From Candidatus Omnitrophota bacterium (GTDB taxonomy: Bacteria; Omnitrophota; Gorgyraeia; Zapsychrales; Fredricksoniimonadaceae): DNA of 64,000 bases. The position numbers were made by a program, and so were the translations under genes. Shown here piece after piece: positions 40,477-49,304 of the stretch; within the stretch, counting starts at the first letter, position 1, and each line of letters starts with the position of its first letter. The stretch spans positions 4,821-68,820 of the forward strand of contig JADFYI010000004.1 of NCBI GenBank assembly GCA_015233145.1, written 5' to 3'. Below the pieces are notes generated by a model. That model had not been told where the DNA came from. It saw only the letters and a program-made list of their open reading frames with translations, and did no database searches.

Positions 40477-41703
40477 CTATTCCATGTCATGCCAGGTTTT
40501 CATTTTTCTGGCATATTTCGTAAAAACCATGTCTAACACATTCCAATACTCATCTTCTGTCCATGAAGCTACCCGCGTCTTACCCCGCTTTACTTTTTCA
40601 AGAACGACCTCGGGAGAATTTAAAATTGTTTTCACGTGCCCAGCCAGAGACTCAGGATCATTTAAGTCCATCAAGAAAGCCGCGTCACCAACCTGATCTT
40701 TGAGACCGGGAAGGTTGGAATAACATACAGGGCATCCCAAAAAGAAAGCCTCCAACGGCGGGATGTTAGTAGGGCCAAAATAGGTAGGCATAACCAGGGC
40801 CACGGCTTCTTTATACAATGAAGCGATATCTTCACCTGGAACAAATCCCAAATAATGAACCTGATCTTTAATCTCAAGCTTTTGGGCATACCGAAGAACA
40901 TGCGCGAGATTACCCCGGTCAGAGCCTGAAAAAACAACATCCATCTTAATGCCGTATTTTTTTCTGAGCACATCAATGCCATCAAGGATATAAACATGAT
41001 TCTTATGAGCCCAAAACTGGGCAGGATAAAAAAGATACTTGTTTTTTATCCCATATTTACTTCTGACATCAACAGAATTAAAGCTTGTCACATTAACAGA
41101 TGGCAAAAATTTAGCAACAAACACCCTCTCGTCATCACAGCCATACCGCCTTAAAACATTAGCCTTACCAAGCTCGGAATCAACGAGGACCGCTACCGCC
41201 TTATTGAAAATCTTATCGTAAAGATATTCACGGCTTTCAAACGCATGGTCAAAATTGACCTCGGGAAACTCGGGGTGATCCCGATGGCACAAATCCAACA
41301 ATGTCATCACATAATTTACCCTGGTCAGTGACGCAGCAAGCCCGGAGGGAGTCAAAAAATAAACCAGGTCAATGCCATCACCCAAAAGAACTTTTTCAAA
41401 AAAATTTCTCGCAAGTCCGGCTAACCATAAAATTTTATGCGCTATTTGACGTTTGGTAAGGCGCGAATAAGGCCCGTTATCTATAGAGCGAACGTCTAGG
41501 TATTTCGCCTGGATGCCATGAGCATGCAAAATATCTAAATTTTTTCTTACTGTGGTATAGAAAACAAACCTGTTCTGCCCTTGATTTTTATTCAAAAGGC
41601 AGGCGGTTGACAATTCCTGCTGAAAACCTCCGCCAACATCAAAAACACTTTCTAGAATAACAGCAATACGCACGATGCCCTCCATCTCTATAAAACTATT
41701 CAT
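40477..41703 (-). CDS. Glycosyltransferase family 4 (GT-B)
   Basis: YLFYPAQFWAHKNH...ALVMPTYFGPTNIPPLEAFFLGCPVCYSNLPGLKDQVGDAAFLMD. Confidence 0.8.
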   Translation of the reverse strand: MNSFIEMEGIVRIAVILESVFDVGGGFQQELSTACLLNKNQGQNRFVFYTTVRKNLDILHAHGIQAKYLDVRSIDNGPYSRLTKRQIAHKILWLAGLARNFFEKVLLGDGIDLVYFLTPSGLAASLTRVNYVMTLLDLCHRDHPEFPEVNFDHAFESREYLYDKIFNKAVAVLVDSELGKANVLRRYGCDDERVFVAKFLPSVNVTSFNSVDVRSKYGIKNKYLFYPAQFWAHKNHVYILDGIDVLRKKYGIKMDVVFSGSDRGNLAHVLRYAQKLEIKDQVHYLGFVPGEDIASLYKEAVALVMPTYFGPTNIPPLEAFFLGCPVCYSNLPGLKDQVGDAAFLMDLNDPESLAGHVKTILNSPEVVLEKVKRGKTRVASWTEDEYWNVLDMVFTKYARKMKTWHDME

Positions 41704-42460
41704 CCGCTACAATTCTCCTGGCAAGCACCAAACCATACCATGCCGATGAAATCGGATTGTCCGACATCCACGCGCCGGCATGTTCCAAGGAGAACCCAGT
41801 CTTACTTAGGGCCTGCTCAATCTCGGGAAGAAAAAAATAGCGCATAAAATGCGTTTCATAAAACTCGCTGTACTGTCCTGATTTCTTATTCAACGCAATA
41901 ATCTGATAGTTCACGTCAATTACCTTCCGCTTACGATGAATAACCGGCTCTGCGATACGAACAATTTTCATAACATCATCTTTAAGTCGCTTCACCCTTA
42001 CTGTCGGAAGGTCTTTGAGGACGCCATCGCCATTCCAAAAGTCAAAAATAAAAATACCGCCCTTTTTTAAATGCTTGGCTGCAGTCTTAAAAGCCGCCGA
42101 TATATCCGCATCTGCAGTCTGATAACTCATGACATGAAATAAAGAAACAACCACATCAAATTTTTTCTTTAAGCTGACCGTTCGAACATCTCCCTGAAAG
42201 AATTCAAGCTTACCGGGGATAGCACGCTTTTTTGCCTCCACTAGCATGGTGTCGCTTAAATCAATTCCTGTAACCTCGTAACCCATCTTTTGAAGACAGG
42301 CATCGTGCCTCCCTGTGCCGCAGCCTAAATTAAGAACAGTTTTGGCAGAAGGATTGTACTTCTTAATAAAATTCTGAATGTAGGCGATCTCTCCGACATA
42401 ATCTTTATCTTTGTAAAGAAGATCATAATATCTGGCGTACTCTTTAAAAACTTCAGCCAC
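41696..42460 (-). CDS. Class I SAM-dependent methyltransferase
   Basis: VLNLGCGTGRH (motif I), GIDLS, VVSLFHVMSY. Start reassigned to GTG 42460, with a perfect AAGGAGG 6 nt upstream. It overlaps the aminotransferase stop by 8 nt. Confidence 0.8.
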   Translation of the reverse strand: MAEVFKEYARYYDLLYKDKDYVGEIAYIQNFIKKYNPSAKTVLNLGCGTGRHDACLQKMGYEVTGIDLSDTMLVEAKKRAIPGKLEFFQGDVRTVSLKKKFDVVVSLFHVMSYQTADADISAAFKTAAKHLKKGGIFIFDFWNGDGVLKDLPTVRVKRLKDDVMKIVRIAEPVIHRKRKVIDVNYQIIALNKKSGQYSEFYETHFMRYFFLPEIEQALSKTGFSLEHAGAWMSDNPISSAWYGLVLARRIVADE

Positions 42461-43592
42461 GGGAAGCCTCCTTAATCCTTTCGCAAACATAACGAATATC
42501 CTGCTCGGTAAGACTGCTTGCTGAAGGAAGATATAACCCATTCTCCGTCAATCTGTCTGTTACGGGATACGCACCGCTACAATCGCATCCCACCTTTTTC
42601 AGGCAAGGCTGGCGATGCATGCCGGCAAAAAGCAGACGAGTTTCAATCCCGAAGGAGTGCAAATGGCTCATAAGTTGATCCCGATCTTTGCCAAAACTTT
42701 CCGGATCAAGTTGAATCGCGTTCATCCAATGGACATTCAAGGCACCGGCAGTGTCCTGTGGAAAAATAATCCCCGCAACGCTGTTTAAATTTTCTTTATA
42801 CAACTTCGCGTTACGCATCCGCATGGCACGATACTCATCAGCTTTTTCAACCTGGGCCAAACCTATCGCGGCATGCAGATTAGACATCCGGTAATTAAAA
42901 CCAATATCCTCATGAATGTAATTTCGAGCGCCCGTGAGAGGAAAACATAAATTCTTAAAATACCGGCAACGGCCGGCTAGTTCTTTATCATCAGTGACAA
43001 CCATACCGCCTTCACCCGTCGTTAAATTCTTGTTGGCAAAAAAACTGAACGCGGTAATATCGGCCAAGGCTCCGGTTTTCTTTCCTTTATATTCTGCGCC
43101 GTGAGATTCGGCGGCATCCTCAATGACAAACAAATGATGTTTTCTGGCCAAAGCATCAATGGCGTCCATATCACAAGGGTTTCCAAAAATAGAGACTGGC
43201 ATGATCGCTTTGGTGCGTGACGTGACCCCGGCTTCGATCTGCTTGACGTCCATGTTCCAGGTGGCGGCATCAGCATCAACAAATACAGGCGTGGCTCCGG
43301 TATAAACCACGGCAGCGGCGGTTGCAATCATAGTAAAATCAGGGATAATGACCTCATCACCCTTGCCAATTCCCAGCGCCGCCAGAGCCAGATGAATCGC
43401 GACTGTTCCGTTACAAACGGATACCCCGTGGTGGACCCCGCAATATTTCGCAAAAGCCGCTTCAAATTCGGTAACGTATTTGCCCGAAGATGAAATCCAG
43501 CCCGTCTGAAGCGCGTCAGTCGCATATTCGACCTCGCGTCCGTTTAAAAAAGGCTGACAAACAGGAATCTTTTTATCTGGTCGGCTATTCAT
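42453..43592 (-). CDS. DegT/DnrJ/EryC1/StrS-family PLP-dependent nucleotide-sugar aminotransferase (perosamine-synthase-like N-terminus)
   Basis: IPVCQPFLNGREVEYATDALQTGWISSSGKYVTEFEAAFAKYCG, VCNGTVAIHLAL, FSFFANKNLTTGEGG (PLP lysine). Confidence 0.9.
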   Translation of the reverse strand: MNSRPDKKIPVCQPFLNGREVEYATDALQTGWISSSGKYVTEFEAAFAKYCGVHHGVSVCNGTVAIHLALAALGIGKGDEVIIPDFTMIATAAAVVYTGATPVFVDADAATWNMDVKQIEAGVTSRTKAIMPVSIFGNPCDMDAIDALARKHHLFVIEDAAESHGAEYKGKKTGALADITAFSFFANKNLTTGEGGMVVTDDKELAGRCRYFKNLCFPLTGARNYIHEDIGFNYRMSNLHAAIGLAQVEKADEYRAMRMRNAKLYKENLNSVAGIIFPQDTAGALNVHWMNAIQLDPESFGKDRDQLMSHLHSFGIETRLLFAGMHRQPCLKKVGCDCSGAYPVTDRLTENGLYLPSASSLTEQDIRYVCERIKEASRG

Positions 43593-43601
43593 ACGGGCAG
43601 G

Positions 43602-44657
43602 TCATCCCTTAGTGACTTTGGAAGTTATTAAAATTTTACCGGGCAATCCCCCTAAACAGGACGGGAGCATTTTTTTTACTTCATATAAATACCTGGCCGT
43701 TAAAATATTTGCTGAATTGACGCCATTTTGGATATCATAACTAAATTCATACTCTCCATTATTTATAAATCTTGCAAATTCTGACACATTAGAATCCCCA
43801 TGTAATATCCCGTGGCATCTGGAAAGCAAAAAAGAATCAACCAAAATTTCCATTCCCAACAAATATCTGTGCTTTTCCCGAGGATTAAGGTTATAGGCAT
43901 TAACGCTATGCGTCCGGTAACTGCCAGTATGCAGCACTCTTTTGCCATATCGATTAACAAACAAATCCAGGTAGCCCTGATCTTCCGTGACCAAGAATAT
44001 TTTATCTATTTTATATTTCTCTATTATTTCATCCGTACAGCGGACCATTTGTTTCTCAGTCGGAGGGAAAGAATGCAGCGGCGCTCTCTTTTGTTCCTGC
44101 CCTCTAAAATGAACACCCAGGATCCGGCCATTGAATTTTACCGAATGCTGGGCAATAAGGCCCTCGATATATTTCTGCAAAAAGATATATTTCTTATATA
44201 TCTCATCGTGCAAGCCATTTATTTTGGTAATACAATAGCTCATGCTAGGCGGATAAACGCCGCTGCAAAAAAATACATTTTGGCTTTCATATACCTCTGC
44301 CAGCGGAACCGGTGCTACTTGCTGAAAGTAGTACTCCCAGGCATTCCTAGTATTGTTCACGGCCTCGTTTTCATTATACAAAGTCTTAAAATTCTGAAAA
44401 TCTACGACCGGTATCATTCCGGCCTGATCGGCAATCTTCAAATGGCATAAAACATGAGATACATTGGAAAAGAAACCCGACCCCCCATGATCTCGCCATA
44501 TAACATAAAACACCTTGTCAGGATTCTTTCTCCCAAAAGATCTGAAATAGCCAGCCGGGAATTTCTTAATATCAAAAGAATGCCCTCCGCACAAATCAGT
44601 TGAGGCAAAACCTTTTTGTAAATATTTATTCAGAATCTGTTTGATAATCTTTTTCAT
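43602..44657 (-). CDS. Hypothetical protein; possibly a GT-B fucosyltransferase-superfamily-like glycosyltransferase
   Basis: GVHFRGQEQ sits in the place of the HxRRxD-type motif. LVDSFLLSRCHGILHGDSNVSEFARFIN resembles motif III of the GT11/GT23/GT65 superfamily. This is a weak, by-eye resemblance only. Confidence 0.35.
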   Translation of the reverse strand: MKKIIKQILNKYLQKGFASTDLCGGHSFDIKKFPAGYFRSFGRKNPDKVFYVIWRDHGGSGFFSNVSHVLCHLKIADQAGMIPVVDFQNFKTLYNENEAVNNTRNAWEYYFQQVAPVPLAEVYESQNVFFCSGVYPPSMSYCITKINGLHDEIYKKYIFLQKYIEGLIAQHSVKFNGRILGVHFRGQEQKRAPLHSFPPTEKQMVRCTDEIIEKYKIDKIFLVTEDQGYLDLFVNRYGKRVLHTGSYRTHSVNAYNLNPREKHRYLLGMEILVDSFLLSRCHGILHGDSNVSEFARFINNGEYEFSYDIQNGVNSANILTARYLYEVKKMLPSCLGGLPGKILITSKVTKG

Positions 44658-44661
44658 TTCT

Positions 44662-45066
44662 TTATCTGCCCTTAAATCTTACTTTATCCAGTTCTCCGGC
44701 ATACGGCCCTTGCTTGACCTCAATGATCTCGCTTTCCTCAAGCATAGTAAATCCATGACCGCCATGAGCAAGAAGAATCACGTCTCCCGAGCACAATTCA
44801 CGGCTTTCAAGATAAACACGCGCTTGGTCATAGAAATCTACACGGACCCGGCCGCTCTTAATAAAAAGCACTTCCTGCGTCCATTCAATACTGCGAGGAA
44901 CTGCGTTGTGAACGTGAGGGTCAATTTCATAGCCCTTAGGGCGTTTCATATAGGCCAATTGCTGTGAGAAGTCTCCGGGTGTAAAAAAGTGGATGCCAGG
45001 TTCCGTAAATCGGACCGAAATAATAATGGCCAAAATCTGCTCTCCGCACATGATTTTTTCGATCAT
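44662..45066 (-). CDS. Cupin-fold protein (WbuC-like / sugar-modifying cupin)
   Basis: 134 aa. Cupin motif 1: GYEIDPHVHNAVPRSIEWTQE. Motif 2: GDVILLAHGGHGF. The position in a sugar cluster next to an aminotransferase is typical. Confidence 0.55.
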   Translation of the reverse strand: MIEKIMCGEQILAIIISVRFTEPGIHFFTPGDFSQQLAYMKRPKGYEIDPHVHNAVPRSIEWTQEVLFIKSGRVRVDFYDQARVYLESRELCSGDVILLAHGGHGFTMLEESEIIEVKQGPYAGELDKVRFKGR

Positions 45067-45083
45067 AAATCCCTCTTCTTCTT

Positions 45084-46280
45084 TTACGCCGCTTCCCAGG
45101 CCTTTTCCTCGTATCTTTTCTGGAGCGTGGACGTCCAGGTCTTATGCATCATCACAAACCTCCAACCGTCTTTTTCCGCCTCCTGCAGCCGCGCATCCAA
45201 GACATCCCCGTGGACGCTCTTGACATATTTTTGCGGATCTTTCTTATCAATAAAATGCCCAAAAAATGCCGGATGGGCCTTTTCAAGATCAGGCATGTAC
45301 TCGCTGTAAGTATGCTTGTTGGAATTCTTCCAGAATAATTTATCGTCAGGACCCCGGCCGTCAAAACCGCACAGAAAAACTGCCTTGGCCAGCGTACAGC
45401 CTAAAGGCAATAACAACAACGGCAACACATTTCCTAATTGCGGCAGGCTGAACTCCCGGGTTAGATCCACATGAACGCTCTGGTGCTGGCCCACCGGGAC
45501 CGGAATTAACTGGTCTAAAAACTGGCCGAATTCTCTTTTGACCAGGCCATGGAAACTCGCCGGATATAAGAACAACGTGTCTGATTCCTCCAACCTTAGA
45601 CGCAAGTCAGCACGAAAAGCCCTGGCAAAATTATTATGTCCAAAATGATAGATTGCGTCTCCGGCCACAATAAAATGGGGGGCTAAAAACTTCCAGAGCT
45701 CCTGATCGCGGACAATGGTATTGCACACCACTCGGTAACCTTCTGACCAGTTTCGCTCGATAGCCCGGCTCAAAGATGGTCCGGTACCAAACACATAACA
45801 CTTTCTATATTGTAGTTTTCTTAATTCCTCCACTCTTTGAACAAAACGCGCTTTAACAGACACAATATCCGGCTCTGCCTCTTTTCCATAAAACATATTA
45901 AGAGCCGCGTGCCATTCCCAGCCATCCGAAATTTTCCTCTCATAATCAACATCAAACATAGGCTGGCAACGACGGCGTAAAAACTTGTCCCAAAAGGGTA
46001 CGCCTGTATAAACATTATTAAGCAGTAAAACAGGGCCATTAAAAAAGGCCAGATAAAGAATATTTTTCACAGTGCGTTTCTGTATAACCCTGACACGGCT
46101 ATCTGGGATATAAAAATCCGCCCGTCTTAATATCTCATCAATCTTCTCCAGCGGAGAATCTATAGCCCAAAGGAGCGCTTTGTGCGGATCGTTCTTTAAA
46201 AAAATCCCGGCCAAGGCCTTGAGCAGAAAAAAGGCAGCCCGTTCAGCAGTAAAATAAATATTCTTTAAAACCTGTATCAT
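45084..46280 (-). CDS. DUF115 / MptE-like (Maf-type) protein, putative nonulosonic-acid transferase
   Basis: CYVFGTGPSLSRAIE...YRVVCNTIV...APHFIVAGDA matches the G.GPSL...D core I associate with the MptE-like/DUF115 family. Confidence 0.5.
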   Translation of the reverse strand: MIQVLKNIYFTAERAAFFLLKALAGIFLKNDPHKALLWAIDSPLEKIDEILRRADFYIPDSRVRVIQKRTVKNILYLAFFNGPVLLLNNVYTGVPFWDKFLRRRCQPMFDVDYERKISDGWEWHAALNMFYGKEAEPDIVSVKARFVQRVEELRKLQYRKCYVFGTGPSLSRAIERNWSEGYRVVCNTIVRDQELWKFLAPHFIVAGDAIYHFGHNNFARAFRADLRLRLEESDTLFLYPASFHGLVKREFGQFLDQLIPVPVGQHQSVHVDLTREFSLPQLGNVLPLLLLPLGCTLAKAVFLCGFDGRGPDDKLFWKNSNKHTYSEYMPDLEKAHPAFFGHFIDKKDPQKYVKSVHGDVLDARLQEAEKDGWRFVMMHKTWTSTLQKRYEEKAWEAA

Positions 46281-47029
46281 TCCGTACTCAATCTGATGGT
46301 TGCACCACCGTCAACCACCAAAGATTGCCCCGTTATAAAAGAAGACCCCGCTGAATCTGCCAAAAAGAAAATCGCCTGGGCAATCTCATCTGGCCTGGCC
46401 ACCCTGCCCAACACAGTCTTATTCGCTAATTTTTGCATAAGCGCATCCACTTGGCATTCTGAAAAATGCCCGCGTGTCAATCCTTCGCGAAGCATGGGGG
46501 TATCAACAGCTCCTGGCAAAATGCTATTAACCCTAATTTTGTCCGGAGCCCACTCAACAGCGAGTGCCCGCGTTAAGGCTGAAAGGCCCCCTTTAGCTGC
46601 CGCATAAGCCGCGATATTAATGGAAGTTGCAACGGCGTGGACCGAAGAAATATTCACAATGCTTCCGCCAGAGGCTTTCAGAAAAAAATGCGCTTCTTTA
46701 GAAAAAAGAAATGCCGCGCGCAAATTAACATTTAAAACTTTGTCCCAATCATCGAGCGCCATGGTCAGCGCAGGGCCGCAACTCTGGACCGCGGCGTTAT
46801 TAATCAAAGCATCTAGCCGGCCATAGACCTTAGAAGCTCTTGCAATCGCAGATTTAATTTGTTCCGGGTCGCTGCAATCGGCCTGGATAAAGATATCACC
46901 TTCAGATAATTTGGCACCCGGCCTGACATCAACACCCGCAACCGCCCATCCTCGTTCTGAAAAAAGCCTTGCGGCGGCCTGGCCAATCCCACCGGAAATC
47001 CCTGTCATTAAAACAACGCGTTTCATCAC
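46277..47029 (-). CDS. Short-chain dehydrogenase/reductase (classical SDR)
   Basis: VLMTGISGGIGQAAA (TGxxxGxG), NNAA, S...YAAAK (YxxxK). Confidence 0.85.
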   Translation of the reverse strand: MMKRVVLMTGISGGIGQAAARLFSERGWAVAGVDVRPGAKLSEGDIFIQADCSDPEQIKSAIARASKVYGRLDALINNAAVQSCGPALTMALDDWDKVLNVNLRAAFLFSKEAHFFLKASGGSIVNISSVHAVATSINIAAYAAAKGGLSALTRALAVEWAPDKIRVNSILPGAVDTPMLREGLTRGHFSECQVDALMQKLANKTVLGRVARPDEIAQAIFFLADSAGSSFITGQSLVVDGGATIRLSTE

Positions 47030-47985
47030 TTGTTCTCCTTGGCTGATTGATTCAAGTCTCGTACAAGATTGTCGATCGCCAACTGATTAACTTTTAACAC
47101 CGCTTCTTTCGTATTGGAACTGTTATGCGTTCCTAAAATAACGTGTTCAAACTGACTTAAAGGATGGCCCAACGGCAATGGCTCTTCCTCAAACACATCT
47201 AAAGCCGCACGCTCAACACGCCGCGCTTCGAGTGCGGCCAGGAGCGCTTTCTGGTCTATGAGTGCGCCTCTGGCCACATTAATAATCCAGACACCCTTCT
47301 TCATTTTGGCAAAAGCCTCTGCATTGAGAAGATGCCGATTTTCCCGGGTAAGATTGCAAGCCAGAACAATGCAGTCAGCCCGTTTCAAAAGATCATCAAG
47401 TTTCAGCTGTTCAAGGCCAATCTCCTCACAAACGTCTTTGCCAATCGGGCGAAGGTCGTAGCCCACCAAGTTCATGCCAACCGCAAGAAACCTACGCGCA
47501 ACAGCCTGTCCGATGCCACCGACGCCAATAATCCCGGCTGTTTTCCCGCGGAGTGAAACTCCTGGAATCTTAAGCCATTCTCCCCGGCGCACAGCCGCAT
47601 CCATTTTATGCAACTGGCGCGCCAAAAGGAGCAAATAACCCAGGGCCACATCCGCAACTTCATCATTAAAGACACCCGGAGTATTGGAAACACTTATCCC
47701 AAGTTTTTTGGCAGCCTCCCGATCTATCGCATCCACCCCGACTCCCCACTTAGCCAAAACACGCAACTTCCCACGCCGTCCGGTCTCCAGAACTTTGGCG
47801 GTAAAGGGATCATCACCGGCAATAACACCATCAAAATCAGAAACCATGGCACAGAGTTCTTGTTCTGTTAGCTGTTGAAGAACCTTCGGAGCCACAACGT
47901 CAAGGCCCTCCAGACGAAAACGCGCCTGACACTCCTTGAGTGTCAATAGCATTGGCGGACATGTGACCAAAATACGCCATTTCAT
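47026..47985 (-). CDS. D-isomer-specific 2-hydroxyacid dehydrogenase (PGDH-like)
   Basis: GKTAGIIGVGGIGQAVARRF (GxGxxG), NVARGALID, ILGTHNSSNT (catalytic His region). Confidence 0.85.
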   Translation of the reverse strand: MKWRILVTCPPMLLTLKECQARFRLEGLDVVAPKVLQQLTEQELCAMVSDFDGVIAGDDPFTAKVLETGRRGKLRVLAKWGVGVDAIDREAAKKLGISVSNTPGVFNDEVADVALGYLLLLARQLHKMDAAVRRGEWLKIPGVSLRGKTAGIIGVGGIGQAVARRFLAVGMNLVGYDLRPIGKDVCEEIGLEQLKLDDLLKRADCIVLACNLTRENRHLLNAEAFAKMKKGVWIINVARGALIDQKALLAALEARRVERAALDVFEEEPLPLGHPLSQFEHVILGTHNSSNTKEAVLKVNQLAIDNLVRDLNQSAKENK

Positions 47986-47988
47986 AAC

Positions 47989-48657
47989 TCAAGCCTTCCC
48001 TTCACGCCTTAGGTATAGCAATTCTGCGATTTTAAAATCGACCTCTTCATCAATATCCCACGCCTCATCCCTTGGAATTTCCAGCATAAGCGGCTTATAC
48101 CCAATGCGATTCTTTCTCTCTCTCAATATCTTTTCTGTAAAAATATAAAGATTAGAATTCTCCTCATATACTGGCGCAAGATCCTGTGTGCGCAAAAGCA
48201 CCTTTGGATCATGGTTCATGGCCCGGCCTTGAGCATCATACAAACGCGTCTGCAAACGAGTGACCCCAAAAAGGCTGTCATGCTGAGGGCTCTGTTCCAA
48301 CCATTTAATCCCCCGAGCAATAGTCTCAGACTTTAAAAGCGGATTAGTGCTGTGAGTCTGCAAGTAAACATCAGCCTTAACCTGTAAAACTGTATTTAAA
48401 AGGACATCATTCATCGGCGTCATCCCTGAACGAAGATGCTCAGGACGCAGCAGTGTTAAAACCGATGGAAAAGATTTCTTAGCATCATCAATAATAAAAG
48501 GGCTGTCGGTATCAATACACACTTGCGAAATAGCAGAACAATTCAAAAGGCTCTGAATAATATAATGGTAAAGAGGCTTCCCAGCGAACAAACGATAGTT
48601 CTTGCCAACCACGCGTTCACTGGAATGCCGCATCGGGACAAAGGCTGCTATTTTCAT
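47989..48657 (-). CDS. Acylneuraminate-type cytidylyltransferase (CMP-nonulosonic acid synthetase family, NeuA/PseF/LegF-like)
   Basis: MKIAAFVPMRHSSERVVGKNYRLFAGKPLYHYIIQSLL. Start trimmed to ATG 48657, which overlaps the upstream stop (ATGA). Confidence 0.8.
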   Translation of the reverse strand: MKIAAFVPMRHSSERVVGKNYRLFAGKPLYHYIIQSLLNCSAISQVCIDTDSPFIIDDAKKSFPSVLTLLRPEHLRSGMTPMNDVLLNTVLQVKADVYLQTHSTNPLLKSETIARGIKWLEQSPQHDSLFGVTRLQTRLYDAQGRAMNHDPKVLLRTQDLAPVYEENSNLYIFTEKILRERKNRIGYKPLMLEIPRDEAWDIDEEVDFKIAELLYLRREGKA

Positions 48658-49304
48658 GCTTTCTCCTTCAAAATGGCCCTGGCCGGCGCGCCATCCACCC
48701 CGGCAAGCTTTACGGGCAGACAAATGAGTTCATATTCCCCAGGTAGCACATGCCCCAAATTCAATCCTTCCAGGGCAATCACGCCTGCGCCCAAAAGTAT
48801 CTGATGCGTTTGGGGCCCGTCAGAAAAACGCTGGACTGACAAATAATCAACACCGACCAGTCGTATCTCATGATCCACAATCCATTGGGCGCCATCCGCC
48901 GTAAGCGCGACAAAACTACGGTCAAAAACATGAGACAATTTCTGCCATGCGCCAGAATTCCTGGTCTTAAAAAGCACCCGTTTCGTTTGAGGCGGTATCT
49001 TAAGCCCATCAAGAAGATGCGCATCAATCTTATCAACGTCCCCCAAATCAAAAACCCTGACAGTGCCGATAAGATCATCTACGGCCAGCTGATCCGCGCC
49101 CTTTCCTTCCCGTACAAAATGAAACGGGGCATCCACATGCGTGCCCGTGTGGACATTCATACGAATCGTTGTATCATTCGAGGCGTCGCCGCGTGCCATG
49201 CTCGCGGTCGCCTCAAACTCCACACCGGGAACCCCCGGCCAGTGCACCATTCCCGGTGACACAGGCAAAGAAATGTCGATATATCTTTCTTTAATTTTTG
49301 TCAT
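48654..49304 (-). CDS. Cyclase-family protein (kynurenine-formamidase-like metal hydrolase)
   Basis: VHTGTHVDAPFHF (HxGTHxDxPxH motif). The length (~216 aa) is typical of the family. Confidence 0.75.
   Translation of the reverse strand: MTKIKERYIDISLPVSPGMVHWPGVPGVEFEATASMARGDASNDTTIRMNVHTGTHVDAPFHFVREGKGADQLAVDDLIGTVRVFDLGDVDKIDAHLLDGLKIPPQTKRVLFKTRNSGAWQKLSHVFDRSFVALTADGAQWIVDHEIRLVGVDYLSVQRFSDGPQTHQILLGAGVIALEGLNLGHVLPGEYELICLPVKLAGVDGAPARAILKEKA

Noticed and set aside
43812-44450. 212-aa plus-strand ORF
   Set aside because: It lies antisense to the 351-aa minus-strand gene, which fits the operon spacing. The plus-strand product is I/F/Y-rich with no start context, and every other gene in the window is on the minus strand.
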